Shown here piece after piece: positions 41,047 to 54,077 of a stretch of 64,000 nt of DNA; position 1 is the stretch's first letter, and each line of letters opens with the position of its first letter. The translations under genes were made by a program, and so were the position numbers. Origin of the DNA: Trichoplax sp. H2 (Eukaryota); the NCBI GenBank assembly GCA_003344405.1, contig NOWV01000141.1, positions 62,001 through 126,000 on the forward strand, in the 5' to 3' direction. The notes below the pieces were generated by a model, which worked only from the letters and a program-made list of their open reading frames with translations, was not told where the DNA came from and did no database searches.

Positions 41047-43929
41047 ATGAGTTTGTGGGTAGATAAATATCGACCCACATCGTTGTCCAAATTGGATTAC
41101 CATAAGGATTTAGCAGAACAGTTGAAAAATTTGGTAAGCTTGCAATGCTATAAAATTGAATTGATCCTATTGCAGAACGACAGCGGGCAGGTTCACCTGC
41201 TATCAATGGAGGCAATGTTGATCCTTGGACTTTCTACTAGGACAATTTCACATCATGCATTCAATTATAGTATGTTTTATGAACGTACCCTTACGATAGT
41301 TGTAAGAAGTTGTCAAGATGGCGTTACCATCAATGACAAGTTCTATACGTTAACATGATACAGAAATTATGCAGAGTGGCATTAACTGATTGATTGATTG
41401 TTATGCCAATTGACTAGAATATACGGTATTGTGGAGCTTAAAGTTGCATTTGCAGGTTTCAAGATTTACACTACTGTATTCAAATAGATCAGCGAGAGAT
41501 AATGGCATGTTAGTATACTTGAATCAGCTATAATTAACATACAATACTTTTAGATAACAAATTGCCACAAACATGCTCTAGAGCTGGTAAGAAATTCTTC
41601 AAGATATTATGTGCCTATTAATTCTATTTCGTAATTGTCCTGATTACTTAGATTCAGAGTGGGGATTTTCCTCATTTACTATTTTATGGACCATCTGGAG
41701 CTGGTAAGAAAACCAGAATCATGGCTATGTTAAGGGAATTGTATGGTGCTGGGGTTGAAAAATTGCGAGTAGAACATCAGACATTTGAGGTAAAAAGCGA
41801 ATATATTCACCTGTGTCATTTTTGCTTAGCAGGAAATGATTATTTACATGTTAGGCTATCAACTAAATTTGTTGGCTTATATTCATAATACTGTAGTCTT
41901 AACTTCTACATCCTAAAAATTTATATTCTCAGTGAATTTGCTAAAAATCTATTGCTAGGATGAAGAGCATTGACTACAGCTATTCTCGTACTATCTTAAA
42001 ATCGAAACATCGTTATTGATGTGTTATTGTAATTTAGACCATTTACGAAGATAATTTATACTTATTTGAACGATCTGAATGAAATAGATTAATATAATAC
42101 CATTTCTTTCAGACACCGTCAAAGAAAAAGATTGAAATAACAACAGTAGCCAGCAATTACCATATTGAGATTAATCCAAGGTAATCTGTATTCGAATGTA
42201 ATTCTAGCAATACCGATAAATACGACTGGATGATCCATGTCAGCCTCATTCTTCATTTATTTACTGTATTATCATTTCTGAAGATCTAGAGTTATAGTAA
42301 TTACGTACATTCGTCAAGATTTTGTATCTAACTACAGACGTGAGGCACTACCTGACCTAATTTCGCTTTTATTTTGCCTTTTCTCAATTCTGCACAGCGA
42401 TGCGAAAAATAACGATAGAGTTGTCATTCAAGGGATGATCAAATCTGTTGCACAAACCCAACAGTTAGATGCCATTTCACAAAAGAATTTTAAAGGTGCA
42501 TTCAGATAATGACTAATCCTTTCTCACTAAATTATCCAACACTAAAGAGTTTTTGCATTTTATTGCATTTGTATATGGCCTACAGTTATCGTGGTCATGG
42601 AACTGGATCGATTGACGAAAGATGCGCAGCATGCCTTAAGACGAACTATGGAAAAATATATCTCAACGTGTCGATTGATACTATGTTGCAACTCTACTAG
42701 TAGGGTAATACCAGCAGTTCGAAGTCGTTGTCTAGGGATACGCGTTGCTGCTCCAACTGCAGATGAGGCACGTAGATAATTGATTTTAACTATATTTGGA
42801 TAATTTTATGGTGAATTTTTAGGCTTAGGCTCATATGTAAGGACCTCAAGACGATTGTAACGTTCTGTTGGAACTAGAATATTGATTGCTTGATTATGTC
42901 AACGATTTACCTCAATAGATAACCCAAGTATTGCATGGTGTCTGTAAGAAAGAAGGTTTAACATTGAATCAAGAATTGGCCGTTCGCATAGCGGAACAAT
43001 CGAAAAGAAATTTACGAAGAGCACTGTTAATGTGTGAAGCATGTAAAGTTCAACAGTAAGTTCATCGATACTATTCGAGATACGGTATACCGTAAAGTTT
43101 GCAACTTTGGTATAAGACTTTATGTTTTACATGGCATGCAGGTATCCTTTTACACCAGATCAGCCGGTATCTGAAGCAGAATGGGAAATATATTTGCGTG
43201 AAACGGCGGCAGCAATAGTAGAACAACAAAATCCCAAAAGGTATATTAGTCTATCGCATATACGTAGTCTTGCAGCCGCTGAAAAAGCTAGTAGTAGTAG
43301 CATGAAATCGGTGATGCCGTTATTAAATATTGAACCTAACGTGGCTTTATGATTATTAGATTATTAGAGGTAAGAGCTAGACTTTACGAATTACTCTGCC
43401 ACTGCATTCCACCAGACGTTATTATTAAGGTAAGTTTATTTTATACTCATTGTTAAACGTTAGCGAAATTAGTCTAATACTAGGAATACCTTCCTATTGG
43501 ACCATTGCTAGATTATGTGAATAGAATAAATATTACAGTATTAAGCCAGCGATGCTAATAATGCCGTATCGCTTTGTCTAACGCAATTGCATACGGCGCT
43601 GAGCTAGCGATACATTTGTTTAATAACCACTCTCCTTATCTAGTATCTACCAAAACGTACTGCCGGACAGTACACCCACCGTATAGTCGTAAACTGTAAA
43701 TCACTAATATGAGCACTGCTTTATCATGACCCAGGGATTATTGTCTGAATTAATCGTGAACTCGGATGGTCAATTGAAGACTGAAATCACAGCCTTAGCA
43801 GCGTTCTACGAACATCGTATCCAAATGGGACGCAAAGCGATATTTCACTTAGAAGCTTTTGTTGCCAAATTTATGAGTATCTACAAACGTTTCTTAGATG
43901 AAGGGATGGCCGCAATGGATTTTATGTAA
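41047..43929 (+). CDS. RFC3: Replication factor C subunit 3, 9 exons: 41047-41133, 41652-41789, 42113-42180, 42398-42495, 42586-42767, 42919-43055, 43142-43240, 43360-43429, 43735-43929
   Basis: MSLWVDKYRP, GDFPHLLFYGPSGAGKKTRI, ASNYHIEINPSDA, LTKDAQHALRRTMEKY, VRSRCL, RNLRRALLMCEAC and KAIFHLEAFVAKFMSIYK. Confidence 0.97.
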
Positions 43930-44442
43930 AAAAAAAAACCTCATATCTGTGTATAAATTCTTAAATAAACTTTATTAATACTTTCAATAAGAACTGTTTG
44001 AGGATAATGTTATTTTCTTGGTCAGCTTAGTTAATTGTATTTGGCGTATACATTTAGGCGTTATTCCAAAATTGATAAAATTAAGCGTACATATATCATG
44101 CATGATTGAGAACACATACAGCTGGTTTTAAGCGCTGTACGAAACAATATACAAAGTCATTGACAACAAATATTCTCAATGTCTTGAACGTACTTACAGC
44201 TTATAATAATATACAACAAAGCAGTTAATATTATTTCTTAATTAGAATAAGATGAAAAATCTTTTGCCGTTATCTTAAAATAGATATTTGAAATTTCCTA
44301 TAAATGTTTAAAACTTAAGTAATCAAAAGTCCACTCGTACGGACGCTTTACTTACAAGTACTGAATCTAGCTAAGACCTCTGTACAATCACGTAACATTA
44401 ACTCATATAACTTAAAGTACTGAATAAAACTCCCTTTCAATT

Positions 44443-47333
44443 TTAAGGGTGCTCAAACGCTAATGTACCCTGAGCTTTACTGCTAGTAAACAGCGCAGAA
44501 AGTGCTAAGGGTCCTACGCTGCTGTTATACGACGACGCTACGTCTTCGGGATCAGATTCAGAGGACGAAGTTTCAGTCATCAGACTACCTTGTCGTCGCG
44601 TAGGAGCGAACCGGACGACTGGGCGCGAAGGCAGATCTTTATCATTTATCATGGCTGGGAAAAACGTCCCAGTTAAACGTTTATCGATTTCTAAAAGTTA
44701 AAATACATTGGTAGGTCCAATTAGTAATTAATTAACGGCATCACATGACGCACAATATCGTTTCCCTGGATGATTATTAATATTATTATAAATTACCTTC
44801 ACTAAGAGTTGCTTCCTTACTAAAATAACCATTTTCCGACACTTTCTGCCGGCACTCTTCCTTCCGCAGGTCTTCTAGTCTACTTTTCGCTTTATGACTA
44901 CCAGCGCAAGTTGCTTTCCTATATAATGATATAGCTTTTGCTTTATCTACTTTCAGACCTGGAGGTGGTGTAGAACAAAGATACAATAAATCAATTATCA
45001 TAGTACTGTACAAGCCAAGCAGATGTTTGCGTATTCTATTTACAGTACCTCCAAGACCATTTTCATAGTATTTACCAAGATTGGTTATAGCTCGTACATA
45101 TCCGCTATCAACGCATGTCTCATACAACTTTCTTGCCTGTACAATCGTAGATAATGCATAATTGAATAAAATAGGATACCCAAAATTTTGAATAATTTAA
45201 CAAGTCTCACTAACTTCGGTTAAGTCAACTTCTACACCAACACCTTTTTCATAACAGATAGCAAGGTAATATTGCGCTTTAACGTCCTTAAACATAAGAT
45301 TAGCGACAAATATATAGGTCAGAGTCAATTGAGAGGAATTTCTCAGCATACTAATAGTTACCAATTGATCTGCAGCCATTTTAAAATATTTAACAGCAAG
45401 TTCATCGTTTCCTTTGTAATTTCTTCGTTTCAAATAATACTGCCCAAGATAGTATTGAGCCTATGCCAACATAATTTAAAAAGGCACTTTACTAAAGAAG
45501 GACAGGCAGCAAATAGTGCGAAGTATTTATAGCTAAATCGCTTACAGAAGCAATTCCTTGGCCAGCAGAATCTTTCAAGAGTTTTATGCCCTGTGTCATA
45601 CTTTGCTGGCTGTTACCATCTGATGAAAAACACATATGCAATTCAAGTAGCAGTTAGTCAAACAATTTACAATTACTGTACAAGATATACTAGTCCTTAA
45701 AGTGAAACTGGACAAAAAAACTTGGATTTTGTAAATTTTATAATTAGCTCTGCTTCTTACTTTCCATTAGATGAATTCCATAATTATACTGGGCTAATGG
45801 ATGACCTTGCAATGCTGCTCTTTCGTAAAAATCAACAGCCTAATAAGAATGCATGAAAATTACCATTATGATAAGATAGCCAAATGATTACTTCTACGTT
45901 CTTTCTAGACCCAGAAATTTTAGTTAAATGATGATTAACTAACCATTTCAATATTTCTTCCAACCCCGTAGCCATGATGGTAGCACAAGCCCATGTTATA
46001 CTGGGCTTTACTGTAACCTTGGCTACTAGATTCCCTAAAAAATTCTACAGCCTTGAAAATGCAACAGGAATGTATTGAGATAAGATCTAGTCATTCGTTC
46101 CCTGCTACAAAGTTAAAGAGTTGTTACTGAATAGTAACCTTTTTATGTTGACCACTTCGTTGCAACAGTATTGCTAGAGCATTTTGACTTGCAGCAGAAG
46201 AGTTCTTCATGGATGAGGAAAATTTTCGCATAGCTGCCTCTAAAGAATCCGTCTAGACAGATGAGAAGTATGGCATTATTAAACACTCGTAAGTCAAAAA
46301 GTTGACCAATGCTGGGGCGTGCAAAAAGAAACAGTACCAGCTGGTCCTCTTGAACTCACCAGCTTTTTATCGCCAAGATTACTTGTTGATTTCGAAGATT
46401 CTTGATCGTCACTAGATAAACTTGTTGGAATATTTGCCGGTAGTACAGAAAGTGTCGCTGCCCTACCAGGTGAAAGACTGCCAAGAGCATGTAAAACTCT
46501 ACAGAAAGCTATAGCAGAAAGTGATAGCGATGTTCGCTCATCGTTTTTGGATGTATGCTGCATCAATGCATTAGTAACGACGGCAGCCCCCTATGAATAA
46601 GAATAGAAGTTTATTCAATTAAATTCTCGTAATTTTCTTGTTTTTATCTTTATTTTAACTGGTAAATTAAGACATTAAGATTGCCCTATACATACTATGA
46701 AGCCTTCATATCCTTGTACAGTAAGTTATCGAACAAAATATACTATGCAACAATGCAGAGCTATCTTCTACAGTACAACACATCTACGGATATCAAGTAC
46801 TTTGCAGTTGACTCACCGTCCAAGTGAAAGCTCCGGCAATTTCATCACCGATTTTACTTTGTTCTGACTGGCGAAAATTCTCGTCGGAAGATAAACGATC
46901 ATTCGGTAAGGGTTGAGGAGAATACGTAAAGTTGGTGCCCAGAAAATTTTTAATGCTGTCTTCTACACGACCTTTGACTGACTTTAACAGATCAAACGAT
47001 TTCTGACATTGTTCATTCTCGGTAAAATACTTGAAAGCTGGATATAAACGTTCAGATGAATCCCGTTGCGATGAATCTGATTGGAAGTACGATGATCGTT
47101 GGGTATAGACCTGACTGATGCAGCGCTTGTTGGCGGAAATAACTATGAGAAGTGAAGCTTAATTATACATCATGTAGACGATAAAAGTTAGCTACCAAGG
47201 CAACTGTAGTACAGAATGGTTTCGACTGTTATTCATGCAATAGCGCGTCAATGAATATTTTGGGTACATTACAGTAGCAATCAAGATCTTTATCAAGAAT
47301 CTTACTTTTATTGAGACTGGTTAGAAAAGACAT
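44443..47333 (-). CDS. DELE1: DAP3-binding cell death enhancer 1-like mitochondrial Sel1/TPR-repeat protein, multi-exon
   Basis: Exon 47333-47306 plus the next exon give a transit-peptide-like MSFLTSLNKIISANKRCISQ. Hydrophobic block AFTWTGAAVV. Sel1 repeats QGYSKAQYNMGLCYHHGYG and AALQGHPLAQYNYG resemble the remembered DELE1 pattern (GYSKAQYN.GLC.EHG.G, QGH.LAQY). Further repeats KAQYYLAICYEKGVGV and AITNLGKYYENGLGG. Stop at 44443. Confidence 0.75.
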
Positions 47334-47347
47334 TTTCTCAGCAAGTC

Positions 47348-47357
47348 CAAGATGGCG
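47348..47357 (+). promoter_or_regulatory. YY1-like motif CAAGATGGCG immediately upstream of the DELE1 start codon
   Basis: Matches the YY1 core AAGATGGCG, about 15 nt from the ATG at 47333; function inferred. Confidence 0.4.
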
Positions 47358-48552
47358 TCAGTTATATAATTCTTCAAATAATTTTGGTAGCGTAAGCAAT
47401 TCTCGTATTTGACGTTGTCTTGCAAAAACTTCCGAGTGGAGGATATTGTTACAGCATCTGACAACAGGATCGCTCTTATTCTTGGTTGCAATTGGATTGT
47501 AGAATGATTGTTCGTATAGTCTCCACAATGTGGTGTATTGCAATTGAGTTTAGGGTACAGGTAATGAATAATGTCTGCCAATTGAAATTGTATGCTAAAA
47601 ATGATACCAACATGAGCAGATTTTAAAAAATACGTAGTTGTTGATTTAAATAGATACGCATCCATGAGAACCAGATCTTATTCTAATGAATACATATTGT
47701 AAAACAACATTATCATTCTGGCTACTAGCACATTACTGCTGTATCCTATATTAGTGCTAGTCGATGAAGACAGGGAGGATGTACATACTCGTACGCACGT
47801 TCACCTTGTCCTCTGCTTTACAAGTACTCGTAAGATATTGTTATTGAATTATTTTCTACCTTAATGACGACATTGCACAACGACTGAAGGTTAATGATAT
47901 TTAAGATGGTAAGTACAAGTTGAAATTTAGAATTCCAAATCACTTGCAATCAATTAATGACTATCGTAGAAATGACGAAGCAGATGTTTGCAACGATTGG
48001 CATTGACGGCGCTATCCTAACTTGATACTCAGCATCAAGACAAGTCAACACAAGCACTTTGACTGCTATTTGTGGCACTACTATTACGATACTGCAAGAT
48101 TGGATGATCGATTCTATCGGGTTGGCCGTGATGTTACCTTGGTATAAAATACTCACATTATCCTAAAGAAAAATTCCACAATCTGTCGTCATCCAATTGC
48201 CGTCTAGACCAAAATTGAAAACAACAACACGATAGACATTTTGCAAGCAGAACCTCGAGGGCTACACCATGACATCACTGCAAGACCAAGAGCACGTTAT
48301 GCTGTACTGTACTGTACAGTATGATTGGCGGCTAGGTACAGTACTTTGTACAGTAGAACACCCTGCAGGTTGGGGATACTCTACACTGTAGTCTACAGTA
48401 CTGTACTGTGCTCACCATTGGACGTGATATTGAAGCTGGATTGCGCACAAGCTTTACGCAGAAGTTGCATCATCTTTCATGGATTTGTACCGCACTGAGC
48501 GACTTCCAATTCCCTGGCATGGAAGTAAATAAAGCAGACAGGAAATGCACAG

Positions 48553-49126
48553 CTAACCTAGAATACACGGTGGAATATCGGAACTATATTCAGTACAATC
48601 GCTTCTTGTATCCATGCTGTGCTCCTATCTTACTAATGATCGTTATTTGAGGATATTGTACGCACGTACGAGCAATCATTAGTTCAACTGATATTATTTC
48701 CTGGATCGTAGAAGCAAACGGACTAACCTAGAATACACGGTGGAATATCGGAACTGTATTCAGTACAATCGCTTCTTGTATCCATGCTGTGCTCCTATCT
48801 TACTAATGATCATTATTTGAGGATATTGTACGCACGTACGAGCAATTATTAGTTCAATTGATGTTATTTCCCGGATCGTACAAGCACACAGACTACAAAT
48901 TTACCTATCTTACTAATCATCGTTATTTGAGGATATTGTACGCACGTACGAGCAATCATTAGTTCTATTGATGTTATTTCCCGGATCGTACAAGCACACA
49001 GACTACAAATTTACCTATCTTACTAATCATCGTTATTTGAGGATATTGTACACACGTACGAGCAATCATTAGTTCAATTGATGTTATTTCCAGGATCGTA
49101 GAAGCACACGGACTACAAATTTACCT
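48553..49126. repeat. Compound tandem array: two ~170-bp units then ~111-bp units
   Basis: cctatcttactaat.atcgttatttgaggatattgtacgcacgtacgagcaatcattagttc...ggatcgta.aagca.ac.gacta occurs 4 times. Confidence 0.9.
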
Positions 49127-50740
49127 AAAGTCAAATCATTTCAGAATCGGTGTTCAATGAAGTTTGGAGGTATGCATGTCCACTGTGCAATAGTTGCTGG
49201 TCACTCCTACTGTCTTCAACGCCTGTATTTGTTCATTGAACGTACCATCATAACTGCACTAGTAGACTGCAGTGTTTGCTTTTTGTTGAGCAAGCAAAGA
49301 GAGAGAGAGAGGGAAGCGAAATCGTCCTCCTCGATCAGCCATGGCGACAAACCCTTTTTGCTGGTCATTTCCACTCCCCTGTCAGTCTGTACGTCTGTAC
49401 CTGTACACAAGTACTATAACGATCGATGACAATCAATTGACCAGCCAACTACGTTAGTCAGCTGCCCCTGTAATCAAAGATGTCTTTCTGCTTATAGACT
49501 GTAGACCAGAGAGAGAGTTATTTTAGAGAAGAGAACTTTAATACCCTAAGTCAGTCAGGTACAAGTAGAGAGAGATAGACTGCTATAATGTTCTAGTTGA
49601 ATTACGTTATTGTTACGTTTCTGTACGCATTATCATCAGCGATCGATCAATGTTAGTAATCGATGCACCTGTTCAGTGTTCACAATCAGTTCAGTTCGAC
49701 ATCCCAGATTACTATAATATACTGTACAGTTAGGTCTACAGCATTATAATACTCAAATTTCTCCTGAAGAGGATATCATTTACAGATAAAGAGGATGCTA
49801 CTCATTTACAATAATAAAAATGAAATAAATAAAGATACGTCATAGTGTAGGATATCGAAAACTTCGAATAAAAATCGAATCAGACTACTATTGTTAGTGA
49901 TTATGCATGCGTATATTATTTGCAATGCGATGTTAGCTCGTTTCTCTATAGAGGATTTCCTATGCATTCCATCATCAACTCAGTTAGCTTCAATATGGAC
50001 TTTCAGGTGATTATTCACTACACAAATGTTTTAATTTTACTTCTTTGCTAAATTGTTCGTCATAATCTACAATAGTAAGTAACAATACTGTATACTATAC
50101 AGCCTGAGATTGAAGAAAATACGGGTACATGGTACAATGCTGCAGCCCTTGGACAGAAAATCATAGCACTGTTTTAGGGCGAATTTGAGACAGTCCCATA
50201 TTAACGTAAGCGCAAGAATCGGATGAGGGATGCATCACCAAGGTAGAATATCATGTTATCCAACCTTAAGATTGCGGCAATGGAAGAGATTTCAGGCTTT
50301 CATACCGTTGTAGGACAGATATACCCTTAGTTAGACGTAGGGATGAACAAGGCAACTAGCTGAATGCTGTACGCGTGTTGTAATTGTATTGCTTGCCCAA
50401 TGTCTGTACAGCATTGCAGAAATAATAAAAGCAGGTACGACGTAGTTATCATTTGCATCATTGCATAACCATACACGCATAAAACAGAGACCTAGACAGT
50501 AAGATGCATATACGGGTACAACAGGCAATGACCTGCTTCTTGAACAAAAATGGTCAATTTTCATGAATCCTTTTTGTAGGAATTGGATGAAGGTTGATTT
50601 TTTTTCATGGACTAATGTCTGAATAGTTCATCTATTTAAAATCTTCAACCATCTCATGAAACAAGGGATAGATGGCCGATGTCTATCCTATTTGGTTGAT
50701 ACGAGAGCGATTACAATAAATTGAAAAGAATAAGATCACA

Positions 50741-51901
50741 TAGCACATCTCTAAAATCAATCTTATACGCCTACTGACATACATCCTAGTTGAATAAGAA
50801 TACTAAAACGTTGGCTTTACTAGACTATTTAACTACCAATTGAAAACAAAGTCATCGTATTACAAATCTCCCAAACTGTTCTTATGTATGTTGCTATAAT
50901 TTATTTAGAATGACATTAAAATTAATACTAGCATACTAACTTCCAACCGATTCAACGGGAAGCTATCACATTACACATATTTAAAACCTGTACAGTACAT
51001 TGCTATATTCTAGAATAAGAACACCAGAGAGTTTATACTGCCCATACTAAATTCCAGCCCATTAAAAGGAAAGTCTACATACTACACTTTTCTAAAAACT
51101 ATCCTTCAAGCTGCTCTACTCTAGTTGTAAAAACACGAGAGACCAAATGCTAGCATCCTTAATTTGAACCGATCAATAGCAAAAGCATCACATTTTATGC
51201 ATTTCTAAGTAAATGTCCTTCATGTTACACTATTTTAAAAAACTATCCTTCAAGCTGCTCTACTCTAGTTGTAAAAACACGAGAGACCAAATGCTAGCAT
51301 CCTTAATTTGAACCGATCAATAGCAAAAGCATCACATTTTATGCATTTCTAAGTAAATGTCCTTCATGTTGCACTATTTTANNNNNNNNNNNNNNNNNNN
51401 NAGCACATCTCTAAAATCAATCTTATACGCCTACTTACATACATCCTAGTTGAATAAGAATACTAAAACGTTGGCTTTACTAAACTATTTAACTACCAAT
51501 TGAAAACAAAGTCATCATATTACAAATCTCCAAAACTGTTCTTATGTATGTTGCTATAATTTATTTAGAATGACTGTAACATTATTAATACTAGCATACT
51601 AAATTCCAACTGATTGAACGGGAAACTATCACATTACACATATTTGAAACCTGTACAAAGCATTGCTATATTCTAAAATAAGAATACCAGAGAGTTTATA
51701 CTACCCATATTAAATTCCAGCCGATTAAAAGGAAAGTCTACATACTACACTTCTCTAAAAACTATCCTTCAAGCTGCTCTACTCTAGTTGTAAAAACACG
51801 AGAGACCAAATGCTAGTATCCTTAATTTGAACCGATCAATAGCAAAAGCATCACATTTTATGCATTTCTAAGTAAATGTCCTTCATGTTGCACTATTTTA
51901 A
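50741..51901. repeat. Duplication across an N gap (50742-51381 vs 51402-51901), with an internal ~143-bp tandem duplication in copy 1 only
   Basis: agcacatctctaaaatcaa restarts after the gap. The aaaaactatccttcaagctgctc...gtccttcatgtt unit occurs twice in copy 1 and once in copy 2. Confidence 0.85.
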
Positions 51902-54077
51902 TTATACTGAAGCGCGCAAGAGCGAAAGCTAATACTACTATACTGACTTTTAATCGATTGGAAAGAAAACCATCACGTCGCACATATCTGAAATCTGCCA
52001 TATATGTTACTATATTGTAGTTAGAATAACACTAACGAGTTAATACTACCGTACTATATTAAATTTCAATCGATTGAAATTGGAAATCATAATATTGAAA
52101 ATCGACCATCTAGTTTGATACATTCCTAACATCATAACGCTAAAGAATTATTACTACTATCGTTGTTGATTTAGCTCAATTATACAATCAACTCAAATAA
52201 TTAGTGCCACCAATCAGGATATCTGTTTACTTATCGAGCCCAAATGGAAGTCGTAAATTACTAATAGAAGTAACAGTATCTCATTAACGTCAGAAATAAG
52301 TTAATTAACTATTTGTACTACTTAGTTCAATTTAATCCAATAATTCCGCCACGTGATACCAATCAAAGCATTGGTATGCAATAGTAGAATCTAAAATCCT
52401 GTAAATTATCTTATTGTCGTTGCAGTGTCTAATACTGTTCTAATTAGAATAATTTTTCGTTAAGCTATACGTCTAACCATCACGTCATCTATAATTTCTG
52501 CGTGTTTTTCATTTTCCTTCAAAAAGTTTCCTCTTTCATGAATTAGATATTGGTTAAGCTTTGGCAGTAGTTAAGCTGAAATTCCAGAAACAACGCGTAA
52601 GTTTCCTAACGATAATAATCAGATGAAATAACTAGTTGCTGTCGCATTAAAATGTAACCAAGAGAAAAGTAAATCACTTTCATCTTATCATAACTATAAT
52701 TAATTAATGGTTTGAATGTAAGCCTTTTAACTTGGCGTATCAAACGTTTGATCCATATACGATAATAGCAATCGTTATCAATTCCCAAGCAATTAGTTGC
52801 TCTTATAAATAATCAATGTAAAGTAGAATCTCAATTAATTAATGACAGTTTTGAAGATTGAAAGGATTTGATTCACTGGTAGATTGAAAGCTATTAAAAA
52901 CATTTTTAGCGTTGTATTTTTCAACCCATTTAATCAACGAGCATATAGAACATGGCCTACCACAGCCTAGGTAGTTTTCCAGTAGATTATCACTAAAAGA
53001 ATTAATTTACTATTAAAATAGTGAACTTGTAATTTATTTAAAGATTTTATCATTTATTAACTAGTTATCAATTACCGATAGACCTTCATAAATCTCGGAA
53101 TAAATACCCAATTTATTGTTTTTATTAACGTAAGGGATTGCTACAGGATAGAATAATGTTGTAAAGCAACTTTGACTTTATCCTGGACGTCTAAAATGTA
53201 TTCCCTATTAATCGCCTACTATGTATTCATATTTTATGCGTTGCCTTGAATTCAATAATAATTATATAATAAATCATTATTTCTAGCAGCTTCTAGTTAA
53301 CTAGATGAATAGGGAAGGCTTTGACAGCAATAAATCAGTAATTACAAGGCATATACTATCTTCATCAAATCGCATTACCCGTTGATGATAGTAATTAAAC
53401 TATTACTTATATAAGATGTCTGTAAATGATCATCCACGTTTCTAAATATTATATCAATTTACTATACCAAATCTAATTATAGAAATAGTAGCATCAACGC
53501 ACGTTTAAACATATTTTTAACTCTCGTTTATTTACTCAATCAGATTTGTAAAATTTTAATGAAACCTTAGCAGCTGTACATTATGAGTAAATAACCATGA
53601 AAAATATTATCTTCCGCATCTCTTATTACAGAATGAATTGAACTACCGTATGCATTTGTTAGAAATTCACAATATTTCCAACGATATTACGGGATGTTAT
53701 AGCCATCATCATAAATTGGATGAGAAATTTTAATGCCAGCTGGCACTTTTAGTAGCACGAAATATTAATTATTTCACGTGTAAAGTACATTTTATTTCGA
53801 AATAGATTCATTTACAAGATATCTTTTTCCAATCAATGATATTCTTCTTTTCATTATCTACCACTCTATATGATGTTCTATTTTTGCTTTGGAATTTAAA
53901 CTGATATTTCAATTATTTTTTACACTTCATTTCCCCGTATCTTCTGTGATGATTTATAGCACTTTTATCCTACGGTGTAATCCATAATCATTTACACTGT
54001 TTATCATTTCTTTATACTTTACGGCCTAGGTTAACTTCAGTATTATTATCCTAGTTATATTCGTATAAGATACCGCA

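Noticed and set aside
47321-48650. ORFs upstream of DELE1 and within the 48.1-48.7 kb repeat
   Set aside because: No domain similarity, and frames are disrupted by indels relative to the copy at 32589-33107.
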